Source: Tubiluchus corallicola
Taxonomy: Eukaryota > Animalia > Priapulida
Assembly (NCBI GenBank): GCA_030141605.1
Contig: JAQGDQ010000304.1
Location: 218,616 to 282,615, forward strand
Length of the DNA: 64,000 nt
Direction of reading: 5' to 3'
Below, piece by piece: positions 23,826 to 51,015 of this stretch; the first letter of the stretch is position 1, and every line of letters begins with the position of its first letter. The translations under genes were made by a program, and so were the position numbers. The notes beneath the pieces are model-generated. The model was given only the letters and a program-made list of their open reading frames with translations, was not told where the DNA came from and searched no databases.

Positions 23826-26800
23826 ATCACCTGCATGTCATTACTGTCCACATACCACATATAATAAATGAAAAGTCATCCAAGATACCAAATGACGAAA
23901 CGTAGTTCGTACTAAAAATTTGATCATTATTTTGGCATCCAAGAACATTCCATTTTACTAAAAATAAGCCTATTGCTAGATTATATAAACCACTGACTGT
24001 AACAACCTACCAGCCTTGTATGTGTGAACATGGCCCAAGTTATAACGTGAAGAGTTCAACGGCATTAATGGGTAAAGCATTTTTATTAAACTAATATATA
24101 TATGTATATACATAACATATGCATCTAGAGTGTTAAATTGACTTACGAATAAATATACATTGATCGATAGGCTGTTAGAATTGACCACGTGATATTTACA
24201 AACAGAAATTATACACATGAAGCTTTATGAATTGATCCGAGTCATTATCAAAATATCCATGCTTTCCTAAAATATGCGATAAAATGTTCCTAAGATGTCT
24301 GCATACATTGCAAGCAATTAGCCACAAAATATCATTAGCATTTACCAAAGAGACTTTTTGCTCTGTGCAACAGTAAAAATACCCAATGCATGCCATTGCT
24401 GGTGAAATTCGAGGTCTGTATCATGCTGGCAAGTGTAAACCAGGTGGATCGCCGCAATTTCCACTACCTGGCAAATTTGTCCAACTAAACTGTGACTAAA
24501 GGTCGTGCAGGTCTTTTAAAAAGAATGTAGTTATATAGTCTTGTGACGTATTAAGTTAAAGCTTACTACAGACTAAAGCTGCTGGTGACTTATAGAGGAG
24601 GTAGCGGATATTATCTGAAAGTTAATTAATGCAATTTATCAATCAATAGCTAATATTTTACCTGTAAAGTAAAAGGCAGTGCAGAACCGGAAAAAGACAT
24701 CTGACGCCAATTACTGTAATAGTCTGAGAATGTATTTCAAGTCCAAATTTTGGCTTACGTAGCACGTTCGCCTAACGGACAAGTACAAACCTGGGCGTGT
24801 CGTCGAATACACGAAATTAAAGCATCGTGTAAGACTACTTTGCAGGTATTATTTTCAGTCAGATCTAATGTGCTTTTAAGTTTTAGGCTCTTAAGCCTCT
24901 GGGGTGCTTAAAAACTAATTCACAACAATATAAATAATCTTAAATAATTTTTTGTTCATTCCCACACACTTGCATGCTACCCACAACGTGAACTACGTAT
25001 TATTTTCATGCCGCTCTTTATACACATTGGGGTACCGCCAAGAGTCTACAGCATTTGCTTACACCCGGAAGCCATAAGAGCTCATTTTCACGTAAACTTG
25101 CGTAACTATTAAATGCTGTACATGACTCACGCTTGATAATGCAAATTAATTAACATTGCCTGTGCATAAAATCAATTTTGTTTCTAACGCTGCACTCGGT
25201 CGACTAATCCTAGAACTACTTTAACAAGATTTGTTTGTAAGGATACCGCCACTCTTCTTTGAAACATGTTAATGGTTAATTAAATATTTTTTATACACTC
25301 GAGTTTATTTCAAGTTTATTCATCAATGACGAAATTGAAACAAGACTTGTTAGAAGGAAAGGAAGTGTGAAAGAGTCGACAAATAGCCTGGATTTGAACC
25401 AGACATTTTTGGATTTTTATAACTCATAAACCAATTTAAAAATGGGTTAACTTTATCTTTATTTTAATTGGTATATATACATTTTTATTCTCTTGACAAT
25501 TAATAATACTTTAAGCGGACAAAACAGCTCAAATACAGAAGCGCGTATGTTAAGAAAACTAAGGTTAAAAACCACATACAACAACATGCCATAATTCTAT
25601 TCGGTACAATAAGAATGTAAATCTCTCGAAGATAGTCTAGAGCACTGAAACAATAAAATCTTCAGAGAACAAGTACATGTATATATAGCATATTTTTACT
25701 TTATTTCATATGTGGCTCTATATGCCGCCCTAAGCTTACCTACACTGAAGATTGTTTATTGGCAAAAACTGGTGACCTTTCGCTATCACCATCATAATAT
25801 ACTATTCTCCTGTGGTGGCTAATTATTTGTATCGGATATTGCGCTAGACATGCAATCCTATACAAACCTAACGCGCAAGTGAGTAAATATTCAGCTAAGC
25901 ATAGCAGCAGAGTGAATGGCATTTATATGAACCAGACAGTCTGACTAGTATAGACGTCTCAGAGTGAATGTAACTAGGGCGATGTACTCGCTCGGTCACC
26001 TGTGGCCGCACTGCCGGTTAGCCGTTTTCCGACACGGGCAGATATCGATCCGACCATACTGAAGCCAGACCTATTTATCTAGAACTATTATAATAGGAGA
26101 AAGCGAATGCTAATTCTCAGTTACTAGGCCTCCAGCAACAACCATCGGCATTAAAACTACTTCATATTTCTACCACGCATACCACTCACATGAAATCTTT
26201 TTTGCTTTTTCAAAAAAGTACGAATTTTGAGCAATTACTGTAACCATTTCTTAAATAATTTCTTTTTAACTGGACAATTCGTTATCAAAACCGGACAATT
26301 CAGCAATTCTGAAAAAAATATGCCAAATATTAAAGCAAATATTACAGCCACATGTGGCAATAAGGATATTCGCACCATTCTCACAAGTTATTAATACGTT
26401 CACAATAAAAGATTAGGACATTTAACAAGCCCACGTAGCCCTTATGCCCAACTTCTTTTAGTTCAGTGTCCAGACCAGAATCCATATGTATATACTCAAC
26501 ACATTTTCGCAACTTTGTAGGAAAGCCTGTTACAATATAGGAAAACGATTATTAGAACTTGTGAACAACAAACATCTACTAGCTATTGTCAACTCCGTAC
26601 GAATCATATAATGATACAATCTTATTTTAAGATGTGGAATAACAGTCTGTTTGTAACTAATAATCGTCGAACGAGATAGCTGCGAATGCTTATTTACTGA
26701 ACGTGTAATATGTATAGTAGTATTTTAAATGTACCCTTTAATGTAGTATTTCACTGCAGTGTGATAAAATGGTTTACGTTTTTTGTATGGCTTTTATGCC

Positions 26801-27277
26801 ATGATAAACTAATGTAATCTAATCTCAACAAAGAAAAATTTGAATCTTTTTAGAGTGTCTTTAATACTTTAAAAAGGTTTTTACTTTCTTCAAAACGTTT
26901 TATTGCAAACACAAATAAAGAAATACATTCCCAGCAAGAAATACATTTTAGGTACACCATTATTGAAAAAAATTTCAAGAATAACTTTTGTGATTGCGAA
27001 AACTTTTTTCAAGCGTTATTTGGAAACTATACTGATAATTAATATATTTTAATATTACAATACATGCCTTCCAAATGGAATTTGTATATTCCAGGTTTTT
27101 TATGGTCCAAAAATAGACCTATGGCAGCCGTAGGACATGCACAAGTCTTTAGAGCAAGAAGGAAAGAACAAGAAAATTGCTATCTCATGTAAAATAAAAT
27201 TCCAAGATCAAAATATTAGCGGTCAAAAACAAACAGTGAAGTCAGGATCTTCCAGAAATGAGATGTAAGATGACCAC

Positions 27278-27534
27278 TATATACATATATATATATATAT
27301 ATATGATAGTAAATACTAAATATCATTCAGCGCACTAACATTACTCAGATAATTCGTACTTTACAAGGTATTATGCAGACTTTATTAGGAGAGAGATTTA
27401 AACGCGTCACAGATTGAGATAAAATAAACAAGAACAATGAGTTTTATCAAATCATGTATCCTGCAAATATATATATATATATATATATATAAAATTGTAT
27501 ATGTGCACTTGTATATATATATATATATATATAT
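27278..27534. repeat. (TA)n microsatellites
   Basis: TA runs at ~27278-27304, 27467-27490 and 27512-27535. Confidence 0.9.
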
Positions 27535-30500
27535 AAAATCTCCAGCTACTTGCGACTGCGCAATAATAGATTATTACTTACAAATGCACAATGTGTACCT
27601 GCTTAACAAAAAATCTAACTGTTTGTGGTATGCTAATGAAATGCTTCACAAAACCTCTAACGCAGTGAGCAGGAACTGAGAACTGCCATCACTACCTCAA
27701 TGATGATCTCGGAGAAACCAGTAGTGTGGTTATTAGACAAATCTGATCAGTTCCAAACGTTATACACACACAGAAGTGGAAAGGAATGTTAAAAAAGTAA
27801 TTTCATTTCAGCATTTAACATTAAAAGCAGCTGTTTAACGATTTCAGAAATTCAGGTTACAAGCGAGACGCGAATCCGTATATTTATAATTGAAATCAAA
27901 ATTTCCATTCAACAACAGACAGTGTTTTACTGGTATGATGCACGTGGTATCGTACACAGATTGGCAGCCAGGGCTTAGAATATTAGTAGTTAGAATGTAA
28001 AGTTTGTGAAGGTCAAGAGGAATGCAGGAAATATGTGATGTAACGCGATGCAGTTGTAAACATGCTGGGAGGTAAAAAATTGTTTATGAGTAACGAAGGT
28101 ATATTGCATTAAGGTATTTAATAAAAGTTAAACAAAAGCTCGAGACTATTTAGAAAGACAGGTGCGCAAGCAAGCAACACTCAATTAATGAAAATTATAT
28201 ACAAAAAACACGAATTCTCTATTATCCAATTTGAAAGCACTTCTCTATTGTTAGTTTCTTATGCTATCGACTGAGTGCCCTTGTTAAATGAAAGTGTAGC
28301 TGCGTAAAATTCCATGTTCCATTCCATATGTGGAATAGAACTACAATGGAATGTTTCATTCAGTAAGTGAATGAGTCAATGAATTAATGTTGTTACTTAA
28401 ATATGTAGTTACGAAGCGTAGGCTAGGAGAGGAAAAGTTAAATATTATTAAGTTTGTGGAAGCATTTAATTACAAAATCGGTAGTTCTGCACGCTAGTCC
28501 CTTTTGTTTCAGCAGGACAGGTTTCACATTAAGACGAGAATGTCTTTGGAAAAGCTGAATGAAGTTAGCATTCCTTAAGGTCCCATCAGTTACGTTCCAC
28601 AAACGAATTTGAACGTCTACTGTATCTCTCTTGTTCATATTTTTAGACGTTGTTACGAACATGAAAAAATACTTTATTATTTATTATTTTTATTATTTTC
28701 ATTAGGCATATACTGCAGGAAACATGTGCATATGCCAAATATGCAAGAACATGTAGAAGATTTACGCCCTCACTCACTAACTAGTAAGGCCTATGGGACA
28801 AATAGCTGAAAGGTCGTAAATTGCATTCGCCAGATCATGCCCAAGCCAGACCACTAATGTAGAATCATCAGAAATCACTGACATTCAAAATCACGCATTC
28901 ACGCTAACAGGAAGTTTTGAGCTGTTACAAGTAAAAAAATCAGTTATTGGTTATTCAGCAATCAGGATTAACCCTACGTTATTCAAATATCAAATGTGCA
29001 TTGACACGCACAGTGGCGTACGTGCTTTCATTGTTCAATTACAACTTTATATCAATTTAATGTACTGTTATGCGCACACTATAAAATGCTGCCATAAATC
29101 ATTTGCAACCAAGGCGTGGCTCAGCCCATTCTTTACTAATGGAAAATAAACTCGATAAAACGTGGCCAAAATAAAGAAAGTTCTGTGTTGGCACACTCTG
29201 TTAGTTATTAATTAGAAAGCGTCCGAGACGCCCACATTGCACAGAGCGAGAGAGTTCAATAACCGGTAGTAGTTTACTAGGTCATCTACAGCTCTAGCGA
29301 CGACGTTGTGCTAGGCAGTAAAACTACCTGTAACCACTATGTCTGGTACAGCTAATTATGCCAAAACTGGAAAGTGTTGTGTATTTTAGCCTGCGGACAA
29401 AAGATGCGCAACATTTTTTTCTTACTTTCCCAAACTTCCCAACTTTAGTTAAATACCATAAACTTGCCAAGTGGAAACAAAACAACGTGTACGGCCTGTA
29501 GTCTATTGTGAGTGAAAGATCATTCTTGGGCGTAGCAACTTTTTCACAAGTTTATTTGCTCCAAATATTTTACGAAAAAATGTTAACAGTGGGTTCAATC
29601 AACGACGAAAAAATAGTTTTTGTGGCTCGAAACTGAATAATAAATTTCAGAAAATATGTTAAGCTCGAGCATTGTAACATTAAAATTCAACTACACTTTT
29701 ATAAAACCGCGATCTGCATTTCACCCATAAATTTTTACTATTCAAAAACTTCAAAGTTAAGCCTAAAAATTCACTATTTACAATAAATAGTATGTTAGCC
29801 GGCAGTAGATGAAAAATTTACTAATGTTGCACAAAACATGTCAAATGTCAAATTTATAACCGTAAACTGCAATTCAAAGATATGACAGTGCTACCACATA
29901 CGGTCAACACAAAACCATAAAATAGTAAACTGACGGATATTGCAGATTTACAACAACGCACTATCTCCCTCAACTTGACTGAGCTTTATCAAAATTATTC
30001 TGATATGAATAATTATATTATTGAAATTGGTTGTAGCAGCAGCAGTTATATTATATCAGAAAGCTAAAATTAAAAACTGTGTACTGTGTTGTTTGTCTTT
30101 TATGACTGTTGGGTATTACCGCTCATCAAAACTTTGTTGAGCACACTAAATGTAAAATCTGTGTTAATGAAAAATAATGGAAACTCTCCACGGAAGCATA
30201 GTAAACTCTAAACACTACAAAGCGCACGTTTTCAAGCCTTTTCTAATGGTTTTAAGATGTGTATTACGAAACCTTTAAAACTCAACATGAAAGGGAAATG
30301 TTCACTTTCAACATAAAATGTTATCAACATTGCATAATCTCATTTACAAAAAACCTTGCCAAGTCATAGAGAAAGTCCATGACAGCAGCGCAAGACTGTG
30401 CGCGCAAAATATGTAGCATAAGCAAATTAAAACTGCATAAAGTGAGAAATGACATGCTAATATGTTTTGCAAATGGCCAAATCATAACCGGGAAACTATG

Positions 30501-33174
30501 CTGGCCAGTTTTTCACGGAATAGATCGAACTTCGCTCATTTGTAGTAGTACAGTACTTCCCGTTTCTCTGAGAATACCCATCTCAAAAAAATGGAAAAAT
30601 CAGATCTCAGATGACAGGAAACTACAAACAAGAATTTGGCGTAAAGAACATTATGTAACAAAAATGATTTAAAAGATGGCAGTACACATATTGCAATAAA
30701 TGGTAACTTTCGCTTGTCTGACGCTGAGTAAAGAAAAAAGAATGTTTTTGTAAAATACGAACACATTATATGGAGTATGGTGTCAGTTTTTGCAAAGTAA
30801 GGCTTTAGGCTTCAACAAAAAATGCTTTTACTGCTTATCATAATTATGAAAGATGATGAAAGTGGCATGTTTAGAACTAAGTGAAAATAAAACAATAGGT
30901 AATACTTGAAAGTAAAATAAAATATTCGCACATCTAATACCATAAATAAATGCAAAGTCCAACTCAGCAACTAGGGTCCTTACCTTAATTTGTTCACTTG
31001 GAAAAAATTAAAATAATCCTGCTTTCTAACGCACAAACCATAAATTTCTATTAAATGTATTGGTGTAGTAATTATCAGCAGTAGTTAAACATTAGGCAGG
31101 AACTAAATTTAGTAATATTCTGCAGTTGTTATGCTGGTGACTCACAACTTGCTACAGACCCTCACTTCCTGAATACTAGTTTACACAGTAAACACGCACT
31201 TACAATACCTGCTATAATTAGGCTCATCAGAGTTCCATCAGAGTCAAGTAAACATTAATTTTCTTTAAAACAAGGCTGCACATTTTATATATGTGCTGAT
31301 ATATATCAAACAAAGATGCTAAGTCCAGATAATATGAAACATATTATGCAACAGTTGCTATCAAAAACAACAAATTGGCCCTATGCCGAATATTTTGAAT
31401 GAATGACTGCTGTAATCTTGTACCTACTTAGCATATTGCAATGACATGTATTACACAAAAACACATGTTGAATACCACAACAATTCAGACAAATTATGTG
31501 ACATTTGTATTTAATGTAATATGTATAAGTGCTCTGAGTGCTTAAATAGATTCACCTCCATTTCAGGTTAGCCGCTAGGCTTTCTCCTGGCATTGATTAG
31601 ACATACTACAATTAGGAGTGGATGCACCAAAGTTTGAAAATAATACTCGATTAATTTTGTTTTTAAAATAGAAGTGCATGTTTCAGCAGAGTCGTGCAAA
31701 ATCTAATACCAAATTTCGATTTTAGGAGCATGAAGGTGAAAAGAACGGTTTTGCAAATATTTATTTTAAGCATCTAAATGATGAGCATGATCATTACACT
31801 GTCAGCTGGGTTTGCCAGGACCACCTAAACTTTAAAACACAGCCATGATACACAGGGCCTACAGGGCTGAATTTTTGTAAAATTAGTAATATTTGGAATT
31901 AAAAATCATGAACCAAAAAAAGAGATGTGTTTCACTTGTTTTGTTGCCAAATCTAAAAATGTTAAAATTTAAAAATAACTAGCTTTTGAACTTATGACAA
32001 TTTGTTAAATCTTTAAGGAGCCAATTAATGTACCAGTGATTTTTTTAAACTTGTGTTTAAATCATTGCAAGTTTACTTTTACAAGTGTAATGCATTTGCA
32101 AGTTCTGTAATGTGTAACAATTTAACTAACAAGTTTGCATACCTACTATAAACAATTATTTATTGCATGTTGAATATGCACTTGTAGTGGGCATAGTGGC
32201 ACAATTTAGTATGCAAATTTTTCAAGTAATTTGCTCTAGCATAGCTACTTTAAGTTGATTAATTAAACTGCTTACAATTATGCATCAGCAATGTCTAAAC
32301 AACTTAATTACTAGGTAGAAAATGTATGGCACCTCATAAAATAATTTGTTTCATGGTGGATTTATGGTTTTATTAGCTCACCTGACCCTTCCAGTTAGTC
32401 AAGCAATTTGTTTTACGTAATTTCTTTTGGTTGTTTAATTCAAGTAATTTAATTCAGAAATTATGAAACAGAAGCTTTCTCACTGACATTAAGTTATAAC
32501 TATATAAATCTGGCTGTGCATGGCGAACTAATATGAATAATAACAAGTCAATAAAATAAAACCTTTTTATGCCAGTTTGGGAATTATTTATTTCAGTAAA
32601 AGAACATCTGCATAGATTTGGCTCTTTTTTGTCTCTATACAGAAATTTGATGAAATTATGTCTGGTGAAGAATTTTGGCATCCAAATTTGCAAGCATAAC
32701 GACATAACGAGTAAGGGTATGTTACATGGTGACTTTTAAGCAACAGCACCTGTGTTATCAAGGCAAAATGGTATTTGCATATGAAAGTACTTATTACTAA
32801 TTTATTAATACCCTTAAATGCTTTGAAAACAGGATATACAAAGATCGGTCAAGCGCAGGGCCATAATATCGAAAAAGGGAAAAGTAACGCAAGCCACCAT
32901 GACTTTTCAATTATTACATGTATTGTACTTGTACTTTTCAAGCCTTATCCTTATCCCTAAGTGATGCTCTGGGTGTACAATTAACAGTGGAAACTGTTAG
33001 TATGTTATAGGTCTCAAAAAACTAGTGCTTCAGAAAAGTCAAGTACAAACATGATTTAGGCCAGTACCTTTCCAGCATTTTCCCAGTGACTACATTTAAA
33101 TGATGCAATAAGAGAATTTATAAGACAAGGAAATTTGGTCTCAATCTTAAACCATAGCGCAAAACAATCTAACA

Positions 33175-33500
33175 TGTAAACTGTTGAAAGGGAACATGCT
33201 ACTTTTTAAAGAATAACTTACATGAAAGAATTTTATTACCGCAGAAACCTAATTTCACCTTTGCATGGCTAGTTCTTTGCTGTTACATGCTTTTTGCCAT
33301 TTGCTAGTTAGACAAACTTGTACTAGTGCCTGCATCTCAGAAATGCATTACACAAAAAAACAGATACTGTACCTCCCAGTTCAGATGTTGTTCAGTTGTT
33401 TGAGAGCTCATTTGTGAGCACAGCAGTGAAAGTGAAATTTAATTTTTTAACTAAAAATTTGCTGAGTTTTGTGTATCACACTAAACATTGTACAGTAGGA
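33175..33500 (-). repeat. Interspersed repeat; inverted copy of ~50700-51015
   Basis: The reverse complement reads GAGCTC...AACTGAACAACATCTGAACTG...CTGAGATGCAGGCACTA...TCTAACTAGCAAATGGCAAAA...GTTATTCTTTAAAAA, collinear with 50792-50985. Confidence 0.8.
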
Positions 33501-34494
33501 CTGTGCCTCAAATTTTGTTTCTTGCAAAAACATGCAACATGACCGTGGACTGTTTGTGCTGTTCAATTATTATTCATTTGGGACGTGATAACTATCTGGA
33601 CTCCATGGCCGTTAATTAAGTTTTTAACTTATTATTTAATTATAAGAAACACTTTGGCATTATGGCAGATACTAAAATGTATACTTTTTACCACACTTCA
33701 AGATGGGTGGGATAAAAAAATCATCCTCTTTTCCTTTACATAGCTAAGGACCTCCAGTTAAAAGGATTAGGTACCAAAACAAAACAGTTACAACATAGTT
33801 AATCATTATTATTATTCAGTCCATAATACCTGAGACTATGCCTAAACACTGCTTTCAGTTTATCATGTAATGCTGATGTATTATTGCATCTAATTACCCA
33901 TTATTATTATTATTAATATTAAGTATTATTTCTAATGTAATGTAATGATCTAAATTTATATCACAGGCATGTGTCCCACATTAAAGTTTCTGAGTACACA
34001 CAAAAGATTGTGGCAAAATATGAACAAGACTTCACATATTTTATCAGTGCACGTACCACTTTCACACCGTACAATAAAAAAAGACTAAAACAAGATAAAC
34101 GCTCATTAACATAGGGGAAGTGTTTAAAAGAACTAGGCCTGTACTTTTGGACTCAAATTACAAATGTCACAAACACTTTGAAAATCTATTGTTTAACATA
34201 CCACTCAGTAAATAAATCGTGTAAATCAGTACTTTATCTTCTCAGAATAAACGTGCAGTTTTATCCCATTCAAAGCCAGCACATAATTAAGAAAGCAACA
34301 ACACACACTAACTATCTTCCATGATAAATACGCCTTTAATAACCAGAGAAACAACTGCACGTCTCGGTGTTTGTATGGTGGCAGCACCTTACATGAAATC
34401 GTGTTCGTACTTCGTTCTCGTGCACACTTCGGGTCTATGGTCACCTTTTGCTGTCTTTCCTAAATGAATTTTTAGTTCATTTCATGTATTATTT

Positions 34495-34725
34495 GTATTA
34501 AATAATAATTTTCAAAATTATTTTCCACTACATTTTTATATTGTCTTTATGGAATAAGTATTTTGCAATGATTTCACTTTCTCAGAATTTCTTTTAGTTG
34601 TCTATAATATTGTCTGTATTATTAATACTATTTCTCTATTGCCTGTATTAAATATTTTCAAATGATTTCACTTTTGCCGAATTTTTTAGCTTGTATTAAA
34701 TAATTTTTAAATGATTTTACTTTGT
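34495..34725 (+). repeat. Degenerate AT-rich minisatellite (3-4 units)
   Basis: Recurring GTATTAAATA..TTTT.AAATGATTT.ACTTT at ~34495, 34557, 34644 and 34692. Confidence 0.55.
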
Positions 34726-37700
34726 TTTCCACATAACCCATTAAAATCCTTGCTTTACGTTTTTAACTTATGTGTCTACTTTTAAGTTTTATAATATATT
34801 GGTCTGGGTGTGTATTGTGTAGGCATGTATAAATTTACATATATAGAGAAAGATTTTAAGTGTCCCATAGTTCTTATTTTCTAATCTGGCAACCCTAAGT
34901 AAGACATAATATATATGTACGGCTATACGCGAATACGAAAGGCAATGTCTTGCATACATTGCCACAAAAATTGATAACTTTAATAAAGCCCTAAGCCACT
35001 AGAAATTAAACTTGACCAAAAAAGGAATCATTTTAAAATAAATAACATACAGTTTGGCACTCTACAGGCACCAATAGCATGGACACTTAACGTGGAAGGA
35101 CTGGAATTTGGTCCATTGTAAAGACGAATACTCTAAAATAATACGCCAACCAGTAGGAGTGCCTCAGCAAGAAATACTCAAGTCAGGGTTCAGCACTGAT
35201 TTGACTGAGGCAGGAATTTGGATTACAATTGAATTCAATAATATTATATTTTTAGTAATTTATTCAACTGATAAGCATTCTTGTGGACCACAGTAGCAAT
35301 AACATTATTGGCTAATGTTCTTATGTAACCTGGTAAAACATTGACAGGAAAACAATACTACTAAAAAATTTCGCTGCTAAAAGCCCAAAAAAACTTATTT
35401 TATAAGATTTACAAGTAGGTTAAGAAAATAGGCTAAGGCACCAGTCCTGATGTGGATCCATGAATTATAATTATATCTTCAGCTGTTAGATATTTTTGAG
35501 CACAACACTTTGTATTTTTTCAATATGTTCTTAGCCACACGCAAGAAATTTCTAAAATGAGAATACAAGGCAAGCAAATAAATGTGGTTGATCAGAAAAA
35601 GGACAAGATACCAATGTGACTACAAAAAATGTAAACAAGCTTTGTCTTCTTTACAGTAAATGTGACAATCTCAGCCCTGGATTTCTTGAAACATTTGAGA
35701 TACTGCTGATCCATATTGTCCAATGTGTCAAGTACCATATCTGGCAATACAATTACCATAAATACAGTACACTGTTTGAAAAATATTTATTTGAATACAA
35801 CCATATTACATAATGTATTTATGAACAATGACAACAATAAGCAATACTGTAGAAATATTCAAAACCATGAATTTAGGTCAAAGGGAAAAATCTTCAGCAA
35901 AATGATGTTAAAAATTGCCTATAACCACTACAGCCATTATTGCAAAAATGATTTGATTTTTGAAAGAGTTATACAAAGAGATTTATAATTTTTATATCTA
36001 AAAACATTGTACATAAAAGGCTACTATGCAAGAACACATATGCAATTTAAGAATTTAAACGTTTGAGTTCATTGCTTAATTTTTCTTGTGTGGATTTTGA
36101 ATCAGCTGAGTCCTACTAAGCTTAAAAACTTATGCCATCCCTACAAATAATTTTTGTAACAATTAGGTCAATTCTTCATGGAATTGCTCTTATCCTGAGG
36201 AAGTATATGTCATAGTAGACTAAAGACATGTTCATATTTATTAGGTAGCAAAGGTGACTGGGCATATAATTTTCTAATGCTGTCATTGCTATCAGATAAA
36301 TGCAAACATGCCTTACCAGTAAATAAAAATAAGGCACAATATTCATGTAGCATAATTAAAACAATGGTTGATCAAGTACGGTTTCCAGACTGCAAATAAA
36401 GTTATTATTGTTTAGTATGTATTATGCAAAGAACAAATGATAGGCCTAGAATAGTTAGTTGACTAGTGAGTTGATTACAACAAATCAATAAAATAGCTAG
36501 TAATACATTTGCTCTGCTCAGAACAATTTTACACTTATATTTGAATTGTAAGTTCTAAAAGCCTCTGAATGTAAAAAGTAATGAATGGAAAAACACATAT
36601 AAAGCAAGTGTCATTTAAGAGTTTCTGTCTATAGTATCTTCAGTTTTAATTTCAACTAATTTAAGCAATACAAATGTGACACACGCGACATTTTGCCAAA
36701 TGTTACAGACATGCCTAAATCAACTTTGTAAGTGTAGACAAACTGAGAAAAACTAAGATGGTGAAGGAAACAAAATTATTATAGGGACGCATCAGAAAGT
36801 AGACCATAAACCCAGTACATGTAGTCGTGTACATATTATACGAATAATATTTGCAGAAAAACACATAAATAATAAATATTCATTTACACAAACATTTTTA
36901 CTGCACCAAATGCCAATATTAACTAAATTATAATTTAATAATAAGCTAAATTCTAAATTAACCACTTATAATGTGCTGAAATAATTATTTTTAGAATCAT
37001 ACCTGGAACCAGCCTAGCAAAAATGTCATGTTCTGAGAAAATTCACAATGACATATGAATATCCACAAAATACGAATACTATACATGCGTTTTTCAGTCA
37101 TATGGATAATTATCTATAATCAATAACCAACGAGAAACAAATCTGCAAGGTAAAAAACAACAATAACATATACATCAACACATTTTTTGTTTGTGCTTTA
37201 CCTTTAGTTATATCACAAAATCGCTACCTTACAACAAAAAGTAATAGCATTGTGTCCCATGTTTACGACATTTCAAAATTTGTTTACAACGACACACATT
37301 ATTTTGAATGATGAGAACCTTACAATGAATAAATGAGAATGAAATCACGATTGTTTCACAGCTTGATTTAGTTCATCCGAATTCATGTAAAACGTCCATA
37401 TCAGTAAAACATAGTAAAACTTTGATAGTATTAGATAGCATTACAATTGCAAGTAACCATAATTATTACTGTAAAACAAAATTTTTAACAAATTGCTAAT
37501 TGGCTTATTTGGCTAATATAAATAAGGACTTAAATGTCAAGTAAATTCCAGTTTTACGGAATGACAAAACTAATTCTATTAATTGCCTGACATAATTTAT
37601 TTGCTCGTTGCATTTTTTCAAAGAATATGAAGTTCTCTTCAGCACTTTGACAAGAACACTTGCATCTTGAATCTGGAAAGTAAGCAGTACTACCACGGCC

Positions 37701-38830
37701 TGTTGTGCTACTTGTTAAATGATATATAACTTGAAACATTTTTGACTGCAATACACTACACGTTCACCAAAGATGACAGCTATAAAGTAACATGCAAACT
37801 CTAACTGGTCAGTATATCAATGACTAAAGTGGCGTTTATGTAGTATGCATTTTGGAGGTGCGGAATAGACAAAATCGGTTTATATTGTTTTCAATGCAAC
37901 CGTTTACACAGCCTAGGTAAGTGTTTTTCTTTTTCTGTATCTATTTCCTCTTGATATCTTTCCATAGTGTATTCCGCAGGTCGAAAACGCATACATTTAA
38001 ATGCTACTTAATGGTATGAATCCATGTAATGTGATGTAAATTTGTGAACTAAGAATACATGAAAAGCAACCCCAAGTACAACTGAAGCACTATAAATGAA
38101 TGTAAAGTATAAGTAATCATTACTCACCATACGTATTCAAAACACATTATAATACATTTTCCACATATGTATAGAATACTAAACTATATTATAGAAAATT
38201 AGTGGTGTATATTATGTTGATTTATAAATTACAAGAACACAGGGAAATGATGACTAAATAACTTTTTAACCATTTTTCATCTAAGCACTATACTTCTATA
38301 GTGCTGACTGCCATAATACTATAATTAAAAAGTATAGAAAGTGAACGCTGCTTTTACCAAACTATTGCGTAGTTAGAAAAGAATAAAGTGAATATTAAAT
38401 GTATAAACTTTGACACAAGCTGATAATGACACCAGTAAATTAAATATAACCAAATGGGACAACAGTGATTTACATAACATAATCAGTAGGTAGTAAAAAT
38501 GTAAAATAAAAAATCAAGTATTATCAAGTAGAAGCGTACTTTAAATCTGTAAGCAACACTTTTGGCTTCCATACTATAAGAAAGTATGGTTACATGGAAG
38601 ATGGAGACTTTTCCTAGCAATAATTTTAGTGAAAGTGGAAGCATATGAATTTCTATCAGAAACAAACTTGTTACTTAAAACTGTCCTTTAGCAAAAGTTC
38701 ACATAGGCTGTTCCTTCAAAAGAGGCACAGAATGCTTGCAGTTGGATGAGCAATCTACTGCAATACCAGTTCGAGCATTTACAGTTTATGCCATGGAACA
38801 TTTCTAGCAGCAGATAATGCAATGTTAGTT

Positions 38831-50265
<11,435 letters not shown>

Positions 50266-50699
50266 TTAAATAACTATAACGGCACAATGAAAATTATTAA
50301 ACACAAGTGCTAATAGTGCATGAAAAATTATACAAGTTGTGACCAAAGTTTGTTCACATTGATAGAAATGTTATACGAGGATGATAAATAAATAATTTAT
50401 AAAAACACAAATGAAAAGGTTTTGCTTACATCAGATTGGGAACCAAAGCATAATTACAGCCTGAAAAGCAAAAAAAGATTTTTTTACACTGAAGATACCC
50501 ATGGTAAACTACCCCATTTTGAAGTATAATAAAAGTATACATTTTAGTACGTTAAATTATTTCTGATAATTAAATAATGGGTTAAAAACTTAGTTAACAG
50601 CCGGTGAGCTCAGCTAGTGACAAATGAACATAAGTTTTAACAGTAAAACATTCAATGATCATGTTACACATATATACGAAAGTGAAAATCGAAGAATAG

Positions 50700-51015
50700 T
50701 GTTACTGTACAACAATGAGTGAGATATACAAAGATCGTCAACTTTTAAGTTTAAAAATTTAAATTTCAAGTTTACCAGTGTGTTCACGTACGAGCTCACG
50801 AACTAGTACGCTATGTCGCAACTGAACACCATCTGAACTGAGAGATACATTGCCTGCTTCTTGTGCAACGTGCATCTGAGATGCAAGCACTACTAACCTG
50901 ACCATCTAACTAGCAAATGGCAAAATGCATCTAACAGCTGCGCGAGGGCAGTAATAATTCTTTCACAGACGTTATTCTTTAAAAAACAATATGGTTCTTT
51001 TCAATATTTTACAAA
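50700..51015 (+). repeat. Interspersed repeat; second copy of the element at 33175-33500
   Basis: Collinear with the reverse complement of 33175-33500 over about 300 bp. Confidence 0.8.

Noticed and set aside
19096-36170. Scattered TAGGTCA monomer sites (19101, 29278, 35874, 36164)
   Set aside because: Several are expected by chance in 64 kb at this base composition; no enrichment.
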